Origin: Bdellovibrionales bacterium
GTDB lineage: Bacteria; Bdellovibrionota; Bdellovibrionia; Bdellovibrionales; UBA1609
Direction of reading: 5' to 3'
Length of the DNA: 22,718 nt
Assembly (NCBI GenBank): GCA_050246815.1
Contig: JBFWVI010000026.1
Span: 1 to 22,718, forward strand
Of the stretch, positions 17,134 through 22,718 are shown piece by piece. Made by a program: the position numbers and the translations under genes. Under the pieces are notes generated by a model that searched no databases, had not been told where the DNA came from, and saw nothing but the letters and a program-made list of their open reading frames with translations. How positions within the stretch are numbered: the stretch's first letter is position 1; the number at the start of each line of letters is the position of its first letter.

Positions 17134-18609
17134 CTACTTGCTGTTGCGGACTGGCTTTGGTGATGGCGTCAACCAATCGCGACAATTTTGCAGCGAAATC
17201 AAATCTTCTTGCTGCCACGCGGGCATACTGGTGATACGCGCCAGCATGCTTTGCGCACGGGTGGGCCAATGGGCATTGGCCCGGCCCATCTCACGCCTCA
17301 ACAGATCTGCCCAACCATGACTTTGCTTATGCATAAACACCTGAACCATCACATCTGACGCCAAATCCTGGCTCCAGTCCAATCGCTGCAGCAGTGCATC
17401 GGCCAACAAACGCGCCTCCTGCACCTGCGGCAGGACTGATTGGGCTATGATCAAAAGCGCGGGGTGTTCCGCTTTTAAAATAAAAAGTCTCAACAACTCC
17501 TGATCTTGAGAGCAGAGCGGATCGACCAACACATGGCCTGCCAAAAGCGAATTTGCCCAAAGCGATTTTTGTTCGATGACTTGCAATAAAGTGTCGCGCA
17601 GATCAGGGATGCAAAGGCGCCCTGCCAAATCACGAATCAAATCCGCATTTAGGAATTTCTGCGTGGCAAACATATTGTGCACAAGGTTCGGCAATTTTTC
17701 GATATCGGGCAAAACAGCCAACCTCAAAACCGGATCACTTAAACGAGGATCCCTTTTGTTCAGCAGCCAAAGCAGATAGGGCTGGTCACCTAATGTGACC
17801 TGTTTTTTATCTTTCACGCCCAGAACGAATTGATGTTGCAGGCGCTCTTTGTCGGTTTCATCCGCGTGTTTCCACAAGCGTTCGGCCAAATCCACTTGGG
17901 CCAAAGGCCACAAACGGGGCAGCACATAGGCGGCAAGACAAGGGCGCAAATCGCGAAAATCCGCTTCTGCCGCCAGCTGCATCAAGAAGTGCTGATCTTG
18001 GGGCATAAGATCCACGGCGCGCAGAACGCCACATTGCAGACCGGCGTGGGCACCGCCAAAGATCATTTGCAAGATGGGCTTGATGGAACTTAGGCGACGC
18101 CCCTTCAACATCACATGCTGCAGATTCAGAATGTAATTGTACAAAAAGCGCCCATAGGGCTGCTTATGCATGACCTCTTCAGGTCTTTGGGCATATAGAA
18201 TCTCAGCCTCGAACCGCGCTATGGCGTCCGTGAACAGCGAGTTGATCAAACCCATCTCGCTCAGACCCTGCTCGTATATTTTCAGCTGATGCTGGGCATG
18301 CTGCATGGTGTATTCACAACCAGGACATTTTTCTTGATGGACATAGCGAAAGGCATCGGTCAGCGCCCAATCCACCTGCTCGGGAATGTCGCGCATTAAA
18401 TTCTCAGAGCCGACCGTATCCACTTTTAGTTTTTCAAAAATATCGAAAGTTTTGGCGCTTTGCTGGCGGGCTTTTTCAACCGCGTTGCTGGCTTGACGTT
18501 GCACGGATTTGGGCACTGGCACGACAGGCTCGGGCGGGTTGGCGTAAGCCACCATCGCTGTCAGAAAAGCCGCGCTCAAAACCCCGAAACGTCGAAACTC
18601 ATGTGACAC
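17134..18609 (-). CDS. Secreted hypothetical protein, Leu-rich and probably alpha-helical
   Basis: 491-aa ORF, GTG start with GGGGGA SD, signal peptide ending AYA, CPGC motif, C-terminal CRDWL. Confidence 0.75.
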   Translation of the reverse strand: MSHEFRRFGVLSAAFLTAMVAYANPPEPVVPVPKSVQRQASNAVEKARQQSAKTFDIFEKLKVDTVGSENLMRDIPEQVDWALTDAFRYVHQEKCPGCEYTMQHAQHQLKIYEQGLSEMGLINSLFTDAIARFEAEILYAQRPEEVMHKQPYGRFLYNYILNLQHVMLKGRRLSSIKPILQMIFGGAHAGLQCGVLRAVDLMPQDQHFLMQLAAEADFRDLRPCLAAYVLPRLWPLAQVDLAERLWKHADETDKERLQHQFVLGVKDKKQVTLGDQPYLLWLLNKRDPRLSDPVLRLAVLPDIEKLPNLVHNMFATQKFLNADLIRDLAGRLCIPDLRDTLLQVIEQKSLWANSLLAGHVLVDPLCSQDQELLRLFILKAEHPALLIIAQSVLPQVQEARLLADALLQRLDWSQDLASDVMVQVFMHKQSHGWADLLRREMGRANAHWPTRAQSMLARITSMPAWQQEDLISLQNCRDWLTPSPKPVRNSK

Positions 18610-18725
18610 TCTGATCCCCCCGGATCCTTTGCTTTAGGTCTTAGCGGATTTGCTCCTGAAGGGGTACTTTTCATTCACGATAAGCCCATGATTTTACGAG
18701 CTCATCGTGCACTTTTTTCATACTT

Positions 18726-19817
18726 TCACGGAGTCTTTTTGGATTCGGGCTCAATGCGATTGTCGAAATGCCACGCGTATTCGCTGTTGCCTGGCCGACG
18801 CTCGAGGATAAAGTCTAGGACCTTTCGGTCGTTGCGGGAACCACCATCATCACGCGAAGTCCAAATATTGTAGCGCATTGGCATCGGCGTCAACGCCATG
18901 GAATCCAGATACTCCTTCAGTTTTTTGCACTCACTTACATAAAGAAAGGTGCTCTCGTCTGGCAGTTGGGCCTTATGCTCGAGGTCGACCAAGACGATCT
19001 TAAGCTCTTCTTTGTCGTGGTAAATCATCTTGATCAGGAAATTATAATTTAGCCCGCAAGTTTTGTTTAGAAAGGACATTGTTTTGTTTTTCTGATCGAT
19101 CAAGAGATCGGTCGGATAGCCAACACGCTGATAATCTTTTGATAGAGGCGGAAAAATCGCAAGCCGATCCTCTGTTACATCAACGATGGCACCGTCTTTG
19201 ACCAAGTAGATTTGACGATAACCACCCTGGCTCAATTCATCCGTGTTGCCGGCGTGATTGTACGAGGAAGAAATGAAAACCCATTTATTGTCTTTCAGCT
19301 GGCTAAAACTTAATCGCGCTAATTGGATATGACTGGCCGAATAACCCGTCAACTCCCAGTTGAATTCGCGGGTCTTCTGGATCATTTCCCCGAATTCCTG
19401 GCAAAGCACTGGTGCCGTGGTCGAGATCTGGCCCGAGCGCACAAGTACCGAAGTTAAGACTTCGACCTTATCAACATAAACACGCATCGTTGTGTCAAAT
19501 GGACCTGAAGCCCCACGCTCGCGCAAAATTTTAAATGAGCCAGACACATTCACGCCGCAACGGGCGTTGGCCTCTGAACTGGAGTTTTCTTCATAGCTGA
19601 AATTGCGAACAAAGCCATCGTAATGTAAATCAAAATGGCCGTCCTGGCCGATGGTCAGGGCCGTATTGCCGTACCGGTAGATTGTATTTTCGGTTTGCCC
19701 CAGAAACTCACGGGTCTTGTCAGACACTTGCGGCGGCCGCTTTGTGAAGTTGTCGCAGGCAACAAGCCACACTAATGACGAAGCCAAAACCAATTTAAAA
19801 ATAATGTTGTGAACCAT
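18726..19817 (-). CDS. Hypothetical lipoprotein
   Basis: ATG 19817 with AAGGA SD gives MVHNIIFKLVLASSLVWLVAC (lipobox LVAC). Four further Cys. Confidence 0.8.
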   Translation of the reverse strand: MVHNIIFKLVLASSLVWLVACDNFTKRPPQVSDKTREFLGQTENTIYRYGNTALTIGQDGHFDLHYDGFVRNFSYEENSSSEANARCGVNVSGSFKILRERGASGPFDTTMRVYVDKVEVLTSVLVRSGQISTTAPVLCQEFGEMIQKTREFNWELTGYSASHIQLARLSFSQLKDNKWVFISSSYNHAGNTDELSQGGYRQIYLVKDGAIVDVTEDRLAIFPPLSKDYQRVGYPTDLLIDQKNKTMSFLNKTCGLNYNFLIKMIYHDKEELKIVLVDLEHKAQLPDESTFLYVSECKKLKEYLDSMALTPMPMRYNIWTSRDDGGSRNDRKVLDFILERRPGNSEYAWHFDNRIEPESKKTP

Positions 19818-20116
19818 CTCGATCTTCCTTTTTATACCGTCATTTAAGGGGTTAAGTTCAATACTGAGTGGCCTTGCCCGGATCCGCCGGGTAGCAAATG
19901 GTTTTGAACATAACATTCCACTTCGAGCGAATAGGCTGTGAATATCAAAAAATGTGCCTAGGCGCTTCAACCTATTGACGATTTAGGTTGGCCTTAAGAT
20001 TGATCAAGCCTAAAAAATTTACTGCTCTAGCCCCAAAATGTCTCCTTAAAAGCGCCCTGCCTTTAATCCCTTAAGCCAGGCTTCATCGGTACAGTTCTTG
20101 CTGTAGGGAGCATGAA

Positions 20117-20683
20117 ATGCACACACTAATTTTAGCTTTTAGTTTGTTTGTCAGCATGCCCACTTTGGCCATGCATGAAGGCCCGCTTTTTGAGAACTGC
20201 GACGCCACTCTACAAACACCAGTGGAACCCACTGTCTGGGCATTGAGCAACGTGGAACTGGTCGAAGTTTTATCCCCGCGGGCCACCGTACCTATGCAAG
20301 CGGCGATGCACTTGGCACTCAGTGGTAAGTTGCATGGTCGAATCAAGCTTGAGCTTCTGCAAGACATGGATCACATGACCGAACTGCCTTCAACGCCAGC
20401 ACTTGTGATGACCATCCTAGCTAAAATTGGCTTTCGCTTGAAACAGCTTCCGCTGATCGCCAAAGGCCGCCAAATCAGCTACACCCCACGCATAACCGCG
20501 ATGAGTTTTATTCATGACAACCAAGTAGAATGGAACGGACTCAAGCCCAAACAGCTGGCACGGGTTGTGGTCAAACTAGATGCAACGGATTTACTTCCCT
20601 TACTGCACTCGTTCAACAAAAGCCTTAACCATCCCGCCTTAGGTAATAAGCTCTTTAAGCTGGATATGTTATCACTGAAGTAA
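20117..20683 (+). CDS. Secreted hypothetical protein
   Basis: 188-aa ORF, AGGGAG SD, signal peptide ending TLA, followed by NCDATL. Confidence 0.72.
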   Translation: MHTLILAFSLFVSMPTLAMHEGPLFENCDATLQTPVEPTVWALSNVELVEVLSPRATVPMQAAMHLALSGKLHGRIKLELLQDMDHMTELPSTPALVMTILAKIGFRLKQLPLIAKGRQISYTPRITAMSFIHDNQVEWNGLKPKQLARVVVKLDATDLLPLLHSFNKSLNHPALGNKLFKLDMLSLK

Positions 20684-20730
20684 TCCGAGTGGTACACGCC
20701 TACTTTTACTCGACTAAGCATCCAACAATT

Positions 20731-21561
20731 TTACTTAAAGCGAATTTCGAAACGGCGGGGCAAATTGGGTATGCCTTTTAACGGCACAACCTCGCCATGA
20801 TCGACCATTTGATAACGTTCTTTCATCCGCTCAACCAATTCTATCCCTTGGGTCGAGAATAGCTCAGTCAGCATAAAACCCTCTGGCATCAGCTGATCGA
20901 TAAAAAATTGGTAAGTTTCCCAAGGGCCAGCGGCACCGGTCATCACCAGACCAATCAAAGGCTGGATCTGGATTTGTGCCATGGCTTGCAAATCGTTGTA
21001 GTCCCCTTGATGCATCATAAAGATCTTTTTCATCGGCCCAAGAGAAGGGCTGGTCCATGTCACTTCCCAAATCAAAGGCCCCTTCAGCGAGTCTTCAATT
21101 TTGCGCCAATCGCCTTGATTGTCCAAACGCCTAAATTCAGCGTTGGGTGCTAAAGCCTTCAAACGCATTTCAATCTCTTCCAAAAGATGGTCAGCGCCTT
21201 GACCCCAACCACGCAAGCTGTCAATCAAACGAAATACGGGAGCATTGGGGAACTGATAGAGCGGCAGAAAAATGTCTGGCCCTGAGCCCAACGAAACCAC
21301 CTGCCCTTCACTCACTTGTGGTGGTAAAATGTCGAGAGCCCGGCCCTCGATAAAATTTGAGCCCAAGGCTTCAGGCCGTCCGGATTTTTGGTATTTCAAG
21401 TGGGCTTGCATGATTTCTTGGCGCAGCTGCGCGATTGTGCTTTGAAAATCAAAAAGAGAATCGCAAGGCGAGGATATCCCCGCCGGGGTCGCCCCTTGAA
21501 CAGGAAATGCGATGGCGAATAAGACACCAAACGGGATAAAAAATAGATTTAATTTACCCAT
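20731..21561 (-). CDS. Secreted hypothetical protein with methyltransferase-like Rossmann motif
   Basis: GAGG SD, hydrophobic N-terminus, PCDSLF, then VVSLGSGPD...FRLID resembling class I SAM-binding motifs I/II. Confidence 0.7.
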   Translation of the reverse strand: MGKLNLFFIPFGVLFAIAFPVQGATPAGISSPCDSLFDFQSTIAQLRQEIMQAHLKYQKSGRPEALGSNFIEGRALDILPPQVSEGQVVSLGSGPDIFLPLYQFPNAPVFRLIDSLRGWGQGADHLLEEIEMRLKALAPNAEFRRLDNQGDWRKIEDSLKGPLIWEVTWTSPSLGPMKKIFMMHQGDYNDLQAMAQIQIQPLIGLVMTGAAGPWETYQFFIDQLMPEGFMLTELFSTQGIELVERMKERYQMVDHGEVVPLKGIPNLPRRFEIRFK

Positions 21562-21666
21562 GAAAACCTCACTTAAAAAGTGAGCTACTACACACGCGAA
21601 CTCGTCTCAACTTCAAAGAGCGCGATGCGTAATTATTGCCAGTTGTATATGCCGCAATTGAAGTTT

Positions 21667-22718
21667 TTAGGCGTTCGCAACTGAAACCGCATCAGTCAAA
21701 CTGACTGAGACCATTTTCGAAACACCCTTTTCTTCCATGGTCACGCCGTACAACTTATTGTTCACCTTCATGGTGTGTTTGTTGTGGGTGACAACGATGA
21801 TTTGGCTGCGTTTGGCCATTTCACGAACCAAGTCGTTGAAACGGAAAACGTTGGCGTCATCAAGAGGCGCATCCACCTCATCCAGCAAACAAAAAGGAGA
21901 AGGTTTCACCAAGAAGATCGAGAAGATCAGCGACACCGCCGTCAAAGCTTTTTCGCCACCACTTAAGAGGCTGACGTTTTGCAGCTTCTTACCCGGTGGT
22001 TTGGAAACAATGTCGATGCCCAGTTCGTCTTTTTCAGGATCTTCAACCAGCAGCAAGCGGGCTTCACCACCACCAAACAAAACGGGGAACACTTTCATAA
22101 AGCGTTCGTTGACCTGTTCGAAGGTTTCTTTGAAGCGTTTCGAGCAAATTCGGTTGATGCGGTCGATCACTTTTTTAAGCTGCTCTTTGGCATCAGTCAG
22201 ATCGGTGAACTGTTTGTTCAAAAATTCATAGCGGGTGATCAAATCGTCGTACTCTTGGATCGCCGACAAATTCACTTCGCCGATTTTGCCCAACTTTTCT
22301 TTAAGCTCGGCCAGTTCGGCTTCGATAGTTGCCAAATCACCTGATTGCTCGCAGATCGTGGGCGCCACTTCAGCCAAATTGACCATATAGCGCTCAAACA
22401 TTTGGTCGATCAGGTACTGCTCTTTCATTTTGAGCTGCTCAAGTTTTAATTGAGCATCATTCATTTTGGCTTTGAGCTCGTTTAAGCGATGAAAGCGACT
22501 TGAGACCGTCACTTCAAGTTCACGCGCTTGTTCCGCCACCACTTCGTAGGCGTCGCGGGCTTCGGCCAAGAGCTTTTGCGCCTCTTCGGTTTCACGCACC
22601 ACGCGTTCGAATTCCACTTTGCGGTGTTCGATGGTGACTTGGTTGGTGCTTAAAGATTCTGTGTTTTTCTGCGACTCTTCACTCATTTTGGCGATCTGTT
22701 CGTTCACCTCAAGCAAAG
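21667..22718 (-). CDS. smc: Chromosome segregation protein SMC, C-terminal part (5' end outside the window)
   Basis: Coiled coil, GEVNLSAI, PPGKKLQ, LSGGEKAL signature, Walker B/D-loop LLDEVDAPLD, VVTHNK. Confidence 0.97.
   Translation of the reverse strand, partial: LLEVNEQIAKMSEESQKNTESLSTNQVTIEHRKVEFERVVRETEEAQKLLAEARDAYEVVAEQARELEVTVSSRFHRLNELKAKMNDAQLKLEQLKMKEQYLIDQMFERYMVNLAEVAPTICEQSGDLATIEAELAELKEKLGKIGEVNLSAIQEYDDLITRYEFLNKQFTDLTDAKEQLKKVIDRINRICSKRFKETFEQVNERFMKVFPVLFGGGEARLLLVEDPEKDELGIDIVSKPPGKKLQNVSLLSGGEKALTAVSLIFSIFLVKPSPFCLLDEVDAPLDDANVFRFNDLVREMAKRSQIIVVTHNKHTMKVNNKLYGVTMEEKGVSKMVSVSLTDAVSVANA

Noticed and set aside
19818..19970. 51-aa N-terminal extension of the lipoprotein
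   Set aside because: ATG 19817 has an SD and places the lipobox at the normal distance from the start.

Overview
Bacterial chromosomal window, probably from Bdellovibrionota or a related deltaproteobacterial lineage (inferred from the TIGR02147-type regulator, gene order and many secreted orphan genes). The backbone is a minus-strand housekeeping cluster: smc (partial), ftsY, zapA, 5-formyl-THF cyclo-ligase, rny, tyrS, 2Fe-2S ferredoxin. Two accessory blocks interrupt it: four secreted hypotheticals between smc and ftsY, and AlkC-like glycosylase, Na/Pi cotransporter and S41 protease between ftsY and zapA. The left part holds an alpha/beta hydrolase, a lipoprotein, a FIST (NosP-like)/histidine kinase pair and a TIGR02147 regulator coupled to two diverged secreted paralogs, one missing from the ORF track. 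Most notable: (1) RNase Y has lost most HD-domain metal ligands but keeps its anchor and KH domain, in an operon with no room for 6S RNA or ymdB and ending in a ferredoxin with a Gly/Arg-rich tail; (2) a 35-bp inverted-repeat pair with a palindromic core tightly brackets the Na/Pi cotransporter gene; (3) five secreted proteins with no other evident similarity share a terminal Cys-x-x-x-hydrophobic motif. No rRNA, tRNA, CRISPR array or transposase was seen. All family assignments come from motif recognition, not database searches.
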